Assembly: GCA_046597055.1 (NCBI GenBank)
Contig: JBKJLC010000013.1
Coordinates: forward strand, 14,117-78,116
Reading direction: 5' to 3'
DNA: 64,000 bases
From: Kofleriaceae bacterium
GTDB lineage: Bacteria > Myxococcota_A > Polyangia > Haliangiales > Haliangiaceae
Below, one piece after another: positions 45,252 to 54,607 of the stretch. The translations under genes and the position numbers were made by a program. Under the pieces are notes generated by a model that was not told where the DNA came from, did not search any database, and saw only the letters and a list, made by a program, of their open reading frames with translations. Within the stretch, counting starts at the first letter, position 1; each line of letters opens with the position of its first letter.

Positions 45252-46619
45252 TCAGTGGGTGAACACGTAGACGATGTTGTCCTCGTAGCCGGTGACCACG
45301 GTCTCGCGGTCACCGTCGCCGTCGAGGTCGGCGATCGTGACGCCGCCGGCCTGGCCGAGCCCGGCCTGCAGCACGTGGCTGGCGAACTGCCCGGGCGCGG
45401 TCTGCTCGAGGAAGTAGACGTTCTCGTCGCCATCGCCGGACACCACCAGATCGGCGTCGCGGTCGCCGTCCATGTCGCCGACGCCGAAGATGCCGGGTGC
45501 GCCCATCCGCGCGAAGCCCATGTTGGCCCGCGACACGATCGTCGAGGAGATCTTGGTCTTGGTCCACGGCTGGCGCGGATCCGCGCCGGGCGTGAACACC
45601 GCGATCGCCGACTCCGGGTCGGTCGTGACGCTGGCGGTGTTGGTGTGGTTGGCGCCGACGTACCGGCGCACGCCGTCGCCATACAGGTCGTCGACCGCGG
45701 TCATCATGATCGCCGCGCCCATGTCACCGTTGACCGTGTGGCGGGTCCAGGTCCCGGCCGGCGCGGCCGACGACGGCGCGCCGGTCCGCTCGAACCAGAC
45801 GAACGACGGGGCCACGAAGAACTGCGCGCTGGCGACGTCGAGGTCGCCGTCGCGATCGACGTCGACCGCCCGCGGGTAGCTGCCGCCGCCGGCGCCGATG
45901 ACCCGGGCGGTGGTCTCGAACCGGACGCCGGTGGTGATGCCCTTGAACCAGCGGGTCGACGCGCTGCCGCCCCCGGGTCCCCCGGCCGCCTCGCCGGTGG
46001 TCAGCAGATCCTTGACCCCGTCGCCGTCGAGATCGACCAGCGTGACGTGGTGGTAGAACATCGTGTCGCCGAGCGGGACGACGTCACGGCGGATCCAGCC
46101 GGCCGCGGTCTGCTCGTACCAGCCGAGGCCGCCGCAGGGCTGGCCGCCCGGGACCGCCTGGCAGACCAGGAAGCCCGACGGGACGAACACGTCGAGGTCC
46201 AGATCGCCGTCGACGTCGGCCAAGGTCGGCTGGCCCGGGTACTTGAGGTGGGCCGAGGGCGGCACGATCGACGTCTTGGTCCAGGTCGCGAGGTCGGCGC
46301 CGCGCGTGTACATCGCCACCTCGCCGTCCGGGATGACAGGCCCGGCCATCACGCCGAAGTGCGAGACCACGACCTCGACCCGACCGTTGCCGTCGAGATC
46401 GCCGACCGCCGCGTAGGCCGGCCCGGTGGCGGTCCCGTCGATCGTATGACGGCTGAACGTGGGCGTGGCCGCGTCCGGACTGGCGTCAGGACTGGCGTCG
46501 GCCGCCGGCGCGTCGGGTGGCGCGGCGTCGAGCGACGCCGCGTCGGTAGAATCGGAGTCGCCATCGCCGCAAGCGGCAACGACGACCAGCGTGGTGACCA
46601 GGAACCCCAGATGCTTCAT
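45252..46619 (-). CDS. FG-GAP/VCBS beta-propeller lipoprotein
   Basis: VAAC lipobox; DA-rich linker; DLDGNG/DVDGD/DLDGDG/DVDRDG/DMDGD repeats. Confidence 0.87.
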   Translation of the reverse strand: MKHLGFLVTTLVVVAACGDGDSDSTDAASLDAAPPDAPAADASPDASPDAATPTFSRHTIDGTATGPAYAAVGDLDGNGRVEVVVSHFGVMAGPVIPDGEVAMYTRGADLATWTKTSIVPPSAHLKYPGQPTLADVDGDLDLDVFVPSGFLVCQAVPGGQPCGGLGWYEQTAAGWIRRDVVPLGDTMFYHHVTLVDLDGDGVKDLLTTGEAAGGPGGGSASTRWFKGITTGVRFETTARVIGAGGGSYPRAVDVDRDGDLDVASAQFFVAPSFVWFERTGAPSSAAPAGTWTRHTVNGDMGAAIMMTAVDDLYGDGVRRYVGANHTNTASVTTDPESAIAVFTPGADPRQPWTKTKISSTIVSRANMGFARMGAPGIFGVGDMDGDRDADLVVSGDGDENVYFLEQTAPGQFASHVLQAGLGQAGGVTIADLDGDGDRETVVTGYEDNIVYVFTH

Positions 46620-46652
46620 AGAAACTCCCTGCGCAGACTTTGTTGACCAGGC

Positions 46653-47363
46653 TCACCAGGGGTGAGACTGGCGATCGCGAAAAAACCCACCGTGCGGCCC
46701 GCCGTCGGGCGCGGTGGCCAGCCAGACAATCGTGTCGGCGCCGTCGGCGGCCGAGCGGGGCGCGCCGTCGCCGCCGAGCTCGGTCCGGCACCAGCCGGGC
46801 GCGGCGGCGTTGATCAGCACACCGGTGCCGGCCAGCTCGGCGGCCAGGAACACGGTGACCGCGTTGAGCGCGGCCTTCGAGGTGCGATAGCCGAGCGTGG
46901 TGCCGGTGGTGGCGCCGGTCAGCGCGCCGAGCTCGCTCGACACGTTGACGACCCGGCCCCAGCCGCGCTGGACCATGCCCGGCACCAGGCGCTGCGCGCA
47001 CGCGAGCGCGCCGACCACGTTGGTGTCGAGGGTGCGGCGGACCACGTCGAGCCCGACCTGCAGGCCGGGCACGAACTTGTCGAGCGCGACCCCGGCGTTG
47101 TTCACCAGCACGTCGACCGCCCCGCGCTCGGCCTCGATCGCGGCGGCGGCGGCGTGGACGCTGACCGGATCGGTGACGTCGAGCAGGCAGCCCGAGACCT
47201 CGAGCCGCTCGCCGCGCAGCACGCTCACCGCACCGTCGAGGTCGGCGCGCCGACGGGCGCCGATCACGACGTGCAGCCCGGCCCGGGCCAGGCCCCGCAC
47301 GACCTCGAGCCCGATGCCGCGGTTGCCGCCGGTCACCAGCGCGGTGCGGCCGGCGGCGGTCAC
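46653..47363 (-). CDS. SDR oxidoreductase (carbonyl-reductase-like)
   Basis: TGGNRGIG, VNNAG, VNVSS, YRTSK, PGWCRTELGG. Confidence 0.92.
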   Translation of the reverse strand: MTAAGRTALVTGGNRGIGLEVVRGLARAGLHVVIGARRRADLDGAVSVLRGERLEVSGCLLDVTDPVSVHAAAAAIEAERGAVDVLVNNAGVALDKFVPGLQVGLDVVRRTLDTNVVGALACAQRLVPGMVQRGWGRVVNVSSELGALTGATTGTTLGYRTSKAALNAVTVFLAAELAGTGVLINAAAPGWCRTELGGDGAPRSAADGADTIVWLATAPDGGPHGGFFRDRQSHPW

Positions 47364-48343
47364 GGTGCCGTCCCCTGCAGGTTGGCGCCCAGCACCAGCT
47401 CGCCTGCCTCCCAGCCCAGGTGACCGTAGACGGTCTGGCGCCGGCCGCTGGCGTACAGCTCCCACACCACGGCGAGGCCATGATCGTCGTCGATCAGGAA
47501 GTCGCGGCCGCGGATCCGCAGGGCCTGCCCGAACCCGTGCAGCGACGTGTACAGCGCGCGGCCGTAGCCACGGCCGTTGCCCCAGAGATCCGGGCCGTCC
47601 CAGGTGTGGCGGTCACCGACCCGCGAGCGCACCGCCCGCCAGCGCGCGGTCACCGCGCCCTCGAGCGTGATCGTGGTCTCGGCGCGCAGCAGCGACAACG
47701 GCCGGTGCTCGATGCGCGCGGCGGTGACGCCGATCCGGGCGCCGTCGTGGTCGTGGACCACGAGCTCGCCGGTCCACTGGCCGGCGTGCTTGAACGGCAA
47801 GACGTGGCTGCGCGCACCGGCCACCCGCTCGGCCGCACAGAACTCGTCGACCGCGGCGGCATCGGCGGGATCCGTCAGCTCGCCCTGGCGGTAGAGGCCG
47901 TTGAAGACCGCGACCAGGGTCGGCCCCTCGTGCAGCAGCGACGAGTAGACCTGCCGCCGCGCGCCGTCGGGCAGGGTCACGACGTGGACCTGCGTGCGCA
48001 GATCGGCCTGCCAGCCCGGCGCGTAGTAGTGCGCGTCGACCACGTCGCCGCACGGTTGCCCGGCCCCGACGAAGTCGGGACCGAGGTAGATCCGGTCGCG
48101 CTCGCCGTCGCGCACGCCGAACGCGAACGAGCCCGCCTCGAGCCGCGCCCGGAGCGGGCCGCGCACGTCGATCGAGGTCGCCATCGTGTACAGGGTGCCG
48201 CCGTCGATGGCCGTGCTGGCCCGGCTGACCTTCATGTGGCCGACGTGGACGCCGTCGGCGTCGAACACCGACGGCACGCCGTGCCAGTCGCCAGCGATCT
48301 GGCGCTGCCAGGCGGACGGTGCGGGTTGAGCAGGTGCGGTCAT
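47360..48343 (-). CDS. Two-domain calycin-like beta-barrel protein
   Basis: AGDWHG..VFDADG and AGQWTG..VHDHDG domain starts; beta-strand-rich. Confidence 0.6.
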   Translation of the reverse strand: MTAPAQPAPSAWQRQIAGDWHGVPSVFDADGVHVGHMKVSRASTAIDGGTLYTMATSIDVRGPLRARLEAGSFAFGVRDGERDRIYLGPDFVGAGQPCGDVVDAHYYAPGWQADLRTQVHVVTLPDGARRQVYSSLLHEGPTLVAVFNGLYRQGELTDPADAAAVDEFCAAERVAGARSHVLPFKHAGQWTGELVVHDHDGARIGVTAARIEHRPLSLLRAETTITLEGAVTARWRAVRSRVGDRHTWDGPDLWGNGRGYGRALYTSLHGFGQALRIRGRDFLIDDDHGLAVVWELYASGRRQTVYGHLGWEAGELVLGANLQGTAP

Positions 48344-49191
48344 GATGGTTCTCCCTCGGGGTGAAGGCTGAGCACGTCGATCGCGTCGACGCGCTGGTCG
48401 CGGAGGTGGCGGCGGATCGCGCACCGGGTGCGCGTCGCGGGATCGACGACCTCGAGCATCTCGAGCCCACGCCCGCTGCCGGACGCGAGCTCGAGCTCGA
48501 GGACGTGGCCGTAGCGCAGCCCGGCCCCGGTCAGCGCCTCGGCGCCGGCCCGGGCCTGGGCCCGGCAGCGGCCGCTGCCCGGCTCGGCCGCGAGCGCGAG
48601 GGTGAGGGTGGCGCCGTCGCTGGTGGACTCGTGCCAGCACCCGGCATGGTCGAGCTGGCCGGTCACGCCCGCCTCGCCGCGCGGCGCGCCGTCGGGGCCG
48701 AGCCGGCGGATCACGCCGCGCCAGGTGGTCGGCAGCGGCCGGGTCGCGGCGGGCAGCTCCGGCGCCACCGCCGGGACCCCGACCCCGGCGATCAACGCCA
48801 GCAGCCCGGGTCCGGTGGCGAACCGGCCGCCGGTGAGCTGACGATCAGGCGCGATCAGGAACGCCCACGACGTGAACGTCCAGCCGAGCGCCGGCCAGCA
48901 CCCGCGGCCCATCATCGCACCGCCGCCGAGCGTGAGCCCGTGGCCGATCACCGCCGGGCCCAGGTAGCGGCGGTGGGCGCCGTCCTTGCGCAGCACGAAC
49001 TCGTGGTGCCCGGCGAACCGCGCGAGCGGGTGCGCCGCCAGCGCGGCCTCCGGCTGGTTGTCCTGGATCACGCGGACCGCGCCGTCGGGCTCGGCCTGCA
49101 GCCGACGCACCTGCGTGATCGCGCCACACCGCCGGCCCTCGCCGTCGAACACGGTCTCGCGCACGTGCCACGCGCCGCCGAACGGATCCAT
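48340..49191 (-). CDS. Two-domain calycin-like beta-barrel protein (divergent)
   Basis: GGAWHV..VFDGEG and TWRG...LGPDG; RRYLGP shared with neighbouring genes. Confidence 0.55.
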   Translation of the reverse strand: MDPFGGAWHVRETVFDGEGRRCGAITQVRRLQAEPDGAVRVIQDNQPEAALAAHPLARFAGHHEFVLRKDGAHRRYLGPAVIGHGLTLGGGAMMGRGCWPALGWTFTSWAFLIAPDRQLTGGRFATGPGLLALIAGVGVPAVAPELPAATRPLPTTWRGVIRRLGPDGAPRGEAGVTGQLDHAGCWHESTSDGATLTLALAAEPGSGRCRAQARAGAEALTGAGLRYGHVLELELASGSGRGLEMLEVVDPATRTRCAIRRHLRDQRVDAIDVLSLHPEGEPS

Positions 49192-49194
49192 CGA

Positions 49195-50136
49195 TCAGCC
49201 CGGCTCGAACCGGAGCACCCCGTGCTGGGTCCCGATCCGCTCCTGCCCGCGGTAGATGTTGTGGACGACCGCCTTGACGGTGCCGTCGTGGCTCACGACC
49301 TCGCGCCGCCACCAGCGCAGGCCGGTGCCCAGATGATGGAGCTGACCCGACAGCGCGCGGCCGCCGGCCAGGCTGTACGAGCCGCACAGCGGGCCGGGCC
49401 CGGACCACGCGCTCCAGCCGTCGGTCACGAACGTCGCCGCGCTCGGCTCGGGCGCGAGCAGGCCGCCGTCGAGGTGCAGGTGCACGCGCTCGCCGTCGCG
49501 CTCGATCCGCTCTCGATAGGCGGCCTCGCCGGTCGGGGTCAGGCCGCCGTCGGTGGTGACCAGCCGGCCGGTCCAGCTTCCGCGCCGGTGCACGAGCAGC
49601 TCGCCGCGGCCCGCGGCCGGATCGGCGGCCAGATCGATCGACGCTCCGTCGACGAACCCGGGCACCAGCGGCGCGTCGCCGTCGGCGCACGGCCGGACCC
49701 GGTGGTGCTCGCCGACCACGACATAGACCAGCTGCTCGCCGCGCGACAGCAGCGCGAGCGACAGCTGCCGCTCGCCGCCGGGCAGCACCATCAGGAAGAA
49801 CCGCTGGGTCAGCCCGACCGAGGTCCAGTAGTGGTCGGCCTGGACGACGTGCTCCCCGAGCGCCTCGGCGAAGCCCTGGTTGAGCGGCCCCTCGTAGCGG
49901 CGGTGACGGCCGTGATCCGCGATCACGTAGTGGCCGGCGAACTTGAACGGGCCGGTGAACGCGAGCTCGATGCGGGTCCGGCCGGCGCCGAGGTCGGTGG
50001 TGACGAACCGGCGATCGACGCCGTTGCCGAGGAAGCGGCCGTCGCCGCCGTAGACCTCGGCGGTGCCGCGCCACTCGCCGGCCAGGTTGCACAGGCCGCC
50101 GCCGCGGGCCTCGGTCGGCTCGTCGAGCGTGGTCAC
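49195..50136 (-). CDS. Two-domain calycin-like beta-barrel protein
   Basis: AGEWRG..VYGGDG and GSWTG..TTDG; RRYEGP; GTGA coupling. Confidence 0.6.
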   Translation of the reverse strand: MTTLDEPTEARGGGLCNLAGEWRGTAEVYGGDGRFLGNGVDRRFVTTDLGAGRTRIELAFTGPFKFAGHYVIADHGRHRRYEGPLNQGFAEALGEHVVQADHYWTSVGLTQRFFLMVLPGGERQLSLALLSRGEQLVYVVVGEHHRVRPCADGDAPLVPGFVDGASIDLAADPAAGRGELLVHRRGSWTGRLVTTDGGLTPTGEAAYRERIERDGERVHLHLDGGLLAPEPSAATFVTDGWSAWSGPGPLCGSYSLAGGRALSGQLHHLGTGLRWWRREVVSHDGTVKAVVHNIYRGQERIGTQHGVLRFEPG

Positions 50137-50969
50137 GACGGCTCCGGTGCGCACAGCGTGATCGTCTCGAGGTCGCCCGGCGCCTCGCGCAACGCGGCCT
50201 GCACGTCCGCGTCCGGCGCGACCGGCCGCAGCCAGCGGCCCGCACAGGTGATCGTCAGCGGCGAGCGGCTGAACGGATACGGCGCGACCTCGTACACGCC
50301 AGGCCGCCGGGGCCGGACCGTGATCGTGGTGTCGCAGCCGGGCTGGAGCGGGACGTGCGCGAACGTCGCGACCGCGCGGTCGGCCGCGGCGGTGCAGTTG
50401 AAGTACAGCGCCAGCGTGTCGAAGAACTGCAACAGCTTGTAGTTGTGGAGCAGCGCGCCGTCCTCGGCCCACGGCGCGGTGGCCGGATCGGCGGCGAGCT
50501 GCGCGCGCAACCGGGCCTGACGCTCGAGCTGGCCGGCCAGCATCGCGTCGACCGCGGGCCGGTGCTCGGGCGCGATCTTGTCGATGAAGATCCTGTCCGA
50601 CAGGCCATAGCGGCCATGGAACAGCCCCCAGGTGTGCATGCTCGACAGCAGGCCGCACAGCGGGTGCACCGCGGCGTTGAGATCGGGGCCGAGCTCGCTC
50701 GATCGGAGCAGCGCGGGCAGCGGCGTCGACACCAGGTTCCACGGCAGGCCGGTGGCCGGATCGCGCTCCAGCTCGGGATCGACCGCATCCCAGCCGCGAT
50801 CGTGCTCGAGCACGAGCTGCTCGAGCAGCCGGCGCGGGCTCAGGCTCGCCACCGCAGGGTTGCCCCACGCCGACGCGAGCTGGCCCGCGACCCGGGCGTG
50901 CTCGCGCTGGGCGATCACGAACCGCGGCCCGTCGAGCGGCGCGCCGGTTGTGGCGGCCTGGACGATCAC
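50133..50969 (-). CDS. DUF3891-like protein (His/Asp motifs, HD-like)
   Basis: IAQREHARVAGQLA..WGN, EHDRGW, LLSSMH, LLQFFDTLALYF, VAPYPF. Confidence 0.75.
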   Translation of the reverse strand: MIVQAATTGAPLDGPRFVIAQREHARVAGQLASAWGNPAVASLSPRRLLEQLVLEHDRGWDAVDPELERDPATGLPWNLVSTPLPALLRSSELGPDLNAAVHPLCGLLSSMHTWGLFHGRYGLSDRIFIDKIAPEHRPAVDAMLAGQLERQARLRAQLAADPATAPWAEDGALLHNYKLLQFFDTLALYFNCTAAADRAVATFAHVPLQPGCDTTITVRPRRPGVYEVAPYPFSRSPLTITCAGRWLRPVAPDADVQAALREAPGDLETITLCAPEPS

Positions 50970-51430
50970 GGCCGCACCACCCGGACGAAGTCCTGGATCT
51001 GGAACAGGTGGGTCTGGCCGGCGCGGACCTTGTGGGTGAGGATCCGGCGGGTGTCGGCGTCGAGGAAGTAGTGGTTGTTGTAGACGGTCGTCTTCGAGAC
51101 CGCCGACTCGATCGTGAACACGTAGTTGTTGGCGGTCAGCTCGGTGCCGGTCAGCCGCAGCATCGGGCTCTCGGCGAAGCAGCGCTTGCCGCCCGGCCGC
51201 TCGACGGTGATGTCGGTGTGGAACGTGGTCTCGCCGACCTCGTACAGCCGCTCGAAGTGCTCGTGCAGGTGCCAGGTGCGCTCGTCGATCCAGTGCACGT
51301 CCATGTGCACCGCCGACGCCTCCAGGAAGTCGCCGCCGGCGCTGAACGTCTTGCACAGGCCCTCCCAGCGGCCCATGAAGCACTGGTACGGGCGCAGGCC
51401 GGGCGGCCCGTAGTCGCGCGCGGCGGTCAC
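50966..51430 (-). CDS. Single-domain calycin-like (DUF3598-like) protein
   Basis: MGRWEGLCKTFSAGG N-terminus; beta-strand-rich. Confidence 0.6.
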   Translation of the reverse strand: MTAARDYGPPGLRPYQCFMGRWEGLCKTFSAGGDFLEASAVHMDVHWIDERTWHLHEHFERLYEVGETTFHTDITVERPGGKRCFAESPMLRLTGTELTANNYVFTIESAVSKTTVYNNHYFLDADTRRILTHKVRAGQTHLFQIQDFVRVVRP

Positions 51431-52221
51431 GACGCGGCTCCGTGATCGGCCGCCCACATGAGGCGGACCAGGGTGTCGGTCAGCGGCTTGCCGAGCAGCC
51501 GCTCGGCGATCACGTTGGCCGGATCGCGCTCGCAGATCGTCCTGCGCACGAAGCGGTCACGCGCGGCCAGCGCCGCGCGGTCGGCCGGCGGCACCGGCGG
51601 CGCATCCTTGACCCAGCCGATCCAGCGCTCGACCGTCTCGGCGGCCAGATCCATGCAGTAATGGATGTTGGCCTCGGTCGGCGCGGCGGTGACGCACAGG
51701 CCGACCGGCGACAGCGCGCCGCGGATGTAGACCTCGCGGCTGACGAACGGCGCGAAGCGCGGGTCGGCGGTCACCTCGAGGCGCCGGTTGTTGTAGACCG
51801 CGTGATAGCGATCGAGCGCGCCGGTGTCGACCCAGGGATCGGCGCGCGGGATCAGGTCGAGGTAGAAGAACAGCTCGGGGATCGTGCCGATCGCGAGGCC
51901 GAGGTGGGGCACCGCCACCGTCGGCGGCAGCCACGCGGTGAGATGGTGGTTGCTGAACCCGCGCTCGGGCTCGGCGATCCACGAGTCGATCACCCAGTCG
52001 AGCTCGGCGCCGGTGTAGGCAGCCAGCGAGCCGCGCAGGCCGTCGGGCTGGCCGTAGCGCTGGCAGCTCGCCGACGACGGATGGCGGGTGACCGCGAACG
52101 CGTCGTACAGCCGGTCGGCGAGCGCGCGCTTGCGGTCGAGGATGAGGCGGTGGGCGCCGCCGTGGTCGGGGCGTGCGCCGGCGGCGGTCAGCCGGTCGGC
52201 GACGGAGCGGAGGTCGGTCAT
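51427..52221 (-). CDS. Red chlorophyll catabolite reductase (RCCR)-like ferredoxin-dependent bilin reductase family protein
   Basis: GSL..YTG.ELDW...SW....GFSN.HLT.WL.P...VPH, YLDLIPRAD...LDRY, YIR..LSP, ARD...R.....RDPAN. Confidence 0.8.
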   Translation of the reverse strand: MTDLRSVADRLTAAGARPDHGGAHRLILDRKRALADRLYDAFAVTRHPSSASCQRYGQPDGLRGSLAAYTGAELDWVIDSWIAEPERGFSNHHLTAWLPPTVAVPHLGLAIGTIPELFFYLDLIPRADPWVDTGALDRYHAVYNNRRLEVTADPRFAPFVSREVYIRGALSPVGLCVTAAPTEANIHYCMDLAAETVERWIGWVKDAPPVPPADRAALAARDRFVRRTICERDPANVIAERLLGKPLTDTLVRLMWAADHGAAS

Positions 52222-53012
52222 GGCAGCTCCTCGGTGAGGGACAGGATCAGCGCGGCGACGGCGCCGGCGTGGGTTGCGCACGCGTGCACGCCGCCCTCGG
52301 GCAGCGGCGCGAAGCGGGCGCGGGCGAGCGCGGCGGCGGCGGGCGCCGCAGCGGCGAGCGGATCGTCCGGGCCGGTGGTGACCACGGTCGGGACCCTCAG
52401 CGCGGCCAGATCGGCCGCGAGGTCGTGCGCCAGCACGGCCCGGTAGGCGGCGGGGTAGCCATCGCCCGCGGCGAGCGCATGGACCGCCTCGCGGTCGGCC
52501 GGCTCGGGCGCGAGCGCCGGCGCCTTGGCCAGCACCCGGGCCCAGGCCGCGGCGACGTGGCGACCGTCGCGCGCCGGCGCGACCGGCGGCGGCACCCGGC
52601 GCTCGAGGGCGGCGCGCGCGGCCGCGTCGAGCAGCGGGGGCGCCGACAGCAGCAGCGCCCGCACCCGCGGCCGGTGTGCGACCGCCAGCCGGGCCGCGAC
52701 CGCCGCGCCGGCGTGATGGCCGACGACGATCGCGCCTTCGATCTCGAGTCGATCGAGCGCGGCCGCGATCGCGGCGGCCCAGCCGGCCACCGACGGGGCC
52801 CCGACCAGCGGCTCGCTGGCGCCGAACCCGGGCAGGTCGGGCGCGACCGTCCAGCGCGGCACCAGCGCGTCGGCGAGCGCGGCCATCGACGCACCGTCGC
52901 CGGGCGTCTGGTGGATCAGCACGATCGGCGGCGCGCCGGCCCGACGCACGCCCGCGCGCCGGACGTGCACGTGTCCGAGCGGGGTGGCCAGGTAGCAGGG
53001 GTCCAGGGTCAT
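52218..53012 (-). CDS. Alpha/beta-hydrolase-fold protein, GHHAG nucleophile elbow
   Basis: IVLIHQTP, APDLPGFGAS, GHHAG, PTVV..G.DD. Confidence 0.85.
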   Translation of the reverse strand: MTLDPCYLATPLGHVHVRRAGVRRAGAPPIVLIHQTPGDGASMAALADALVPRWTVAPDLPGFGASEPLVGAPSVAGWAAAIAAALDRLEIEGAIVVGHHAGAAVAARLAVAHRPRVRALLLSAPPLLDAAARAALERRVPPPVAPARDGRHVAAAWARVLAKAPALAPEPADREAVHALAAGDGYPAAYRAVLAHDLAADLAALRVPTVVTTGPDDPLAAAAPAAAALARARFAPLPEGGVHACATHAGAVAALILSLTEELP

Positions 53013-53017
53013 CGAGA

Positions 53018-53470
53018 TCAGCCGGCGGCGGCGGTGGCGGCGGCGTCGTCGGCCTGCGCCTTCATCAGCAGATCGATCAGGTCGTTCTGCTCCTGCTGCG
53101 GCAGGCCGGCCTCGTTCATGCCCGCGATCACGAGGTCCATGAACGCGATGAACTCGTCGTCGCCCAGCGTGACCCCGGTCCACACGTCGTGCAGCGGCGC
53201 GGCATACGGGCACGGGCCGCCGGCGGCGTGGCACAGGAACGCGGCGAGCTGGGCGCGGAAGCGCGCCATGTCGACCTTTGCGAACCGCGGCCCGAAGGTC
53301 GGGTCGGCGACCACCGCGGCCGACACCTTGTCGGCGACCGCGTGGAGGCCACGGTCGCGCTGGACCCGCTCGTACAGCGGGCCGGTGCGGAGCTGCTCGC
53401 CGCGCTGGCTCTTGCAAGCAGCGACGGTGAGCAGCGACATCAGGATCGTGGCGACGACGCGTGCGCGCAT
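53018..53470 (-). CDS. Group I truncated-haemoglobin-like lipoprotein, atypical
   Basis: VAAC lipobox; LYER, ADP...RF...DM, FLC.AAGGPCPY, EF; canonical F8 His position reads Trp. Confidence 0.75.
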   Translation of the reverse strand: MRARVVATILMSLLTVAACKSQRGEQLRTGPLYERVQRDRGLHAVADKVSAAVVADPTFGPRFAKVDMARFRAQLAAFLCHAAGGPCPYAAPLHDVWTGVTLGDDEFIAFMDLVIAGMNEAGLPQQEQNDLIDLLMKAQADDAAATAAAG

Positions 53471-53473
53471 GGG

Positions 53474-54607
53474 TCAGTCCTCTCGGGCGGCGAAGGTGGC
53501 GGCGCCGTCGGCGCCCAGGGCCGGCGGCGTGCGGTAGGTCGTGATCGGTGTGCGCGACAGGCCGACCGGGTTGGCCAGGCACGGCGTCGTGCCGTCGGTC
53601 ATGGTCGTGAACCGACGGCGCGCGACCACGTGCGGATCGCGGCGCAGGGTGGCGAGGTCGTTGATGGGTCCACACGGCACCCCGGCCGCGTGCAGCGCCG
53701 GCAGCCAGTGCGCGCACGGCGCCTCGATCAGGCGCGCGGCCAGCCGGGCCACCACCTCGTCGCGGTGCGCGACCCGCCCCGCGTTGGTGACGAACCGGGG
53801 GTCGACCGGCTCGCCGACCACCTCGCACAGGCGCGCGAACTGCGCGTCGGTGCCGACCGCGAGGTACAGCCGGCCGTCGGCGGCGAGAAAGCTCTGATAC
53901 GGCACGATCGACGGATGGGCGTCGCCCAGGGGGGCCGGCACCGGCGCGCCGGCGAGGTAGCCCATCGCGACGTTGGCGAGCAGCGCGATCTGGACGTCGA
54001 ACAGCGCGACCTCGACGTGCTGACCGCGGCCGCTGCGCTCGCGCTCGCGCAGCGCGGCCAGGATGCCGACCGCGGCGTACAGCCCGGTGGCGAGATCGGT
54101 GATCGCGACGCCGACCTTGGTCGGCGGCCCGCCGGCCGGGCCGGTGATGCTCATCATGCCGCCCATCGCCTGGATCAGCGCGTCGTAGGCCGCGCGATCG
54201 GCGTAGGGCCCGTCGGGGCCGAAGCCGGTGATCGAGCAGGTGATCAGGCGCGGGTGGGCGGCGAGCAGCGCGGCCGGATCGAGGTCGAACCGGGCCAGCG
54301 TGCCCGGGCGGAAGTTCTCGACGAGCACGTCGGCGTCCGCGATCAGCGCGCGCAGCGCGACGCGGTCGGCCGGGTCGGCGAAGTCGAGCACGCGGCTGCG
54401 CTTGTTGCGGTTGGCCGCGTGGAAGTAGCTGGCGTCGCCGCCGACGAACGGCGGACCCCAGCCGCGGGTGTCGTCGCCGGTCCCGGGCCGCTCGATCTTG
54501 ATGATGTCGGCGCCGAGGTCGCCGAGCAGCTGGGTGGCGGTCGGCCCGGCGAGCACCCGCGACAGATCGACGACCCGCAGCCCGGTCAGCGCGCCGGCGG
54601 CAATCAC
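53474..54607 (-). CDS. Family III CoA transferase (CaiB/BaiF)
   Basis: DLSRVLAGP, LGADIIKIE.P..GDDTR, NRNKRS, ENFRPG, YDALIQAMGG. Confidence 0.93.
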   Translation of the reverse strand: MIAAGALTGLRVVDLSRVLAGPTATQLLGDLGADIIKIERPGTGDDTRGWGPPFVGGDASYFHAANRNKRSRVLDFADPADRVALRALIADADVLVENFRPGTLARFDLDPAALLAAHPRLITCSITGFGPDGPYADRAAYDALIQAMGGMMSITGPAGGPPTKVGVAITDLATGLYAAVGILAALRERERSGRGQHVEVALFDVQIALLANVAMGYLAGAPVPAPLGDAHPSIVPYQSFLAADGRLYLAVGTDAQFARLCEVVGEPVDPRFVTNAGRVAHRDEVVARLAARLIEAPCAHWLPALHAAGVPCGPINDLATLRRDPHVVARRRFTTMTDGTTPCLANPVGLSRTPITTYRTPPALGADGAATFAARED

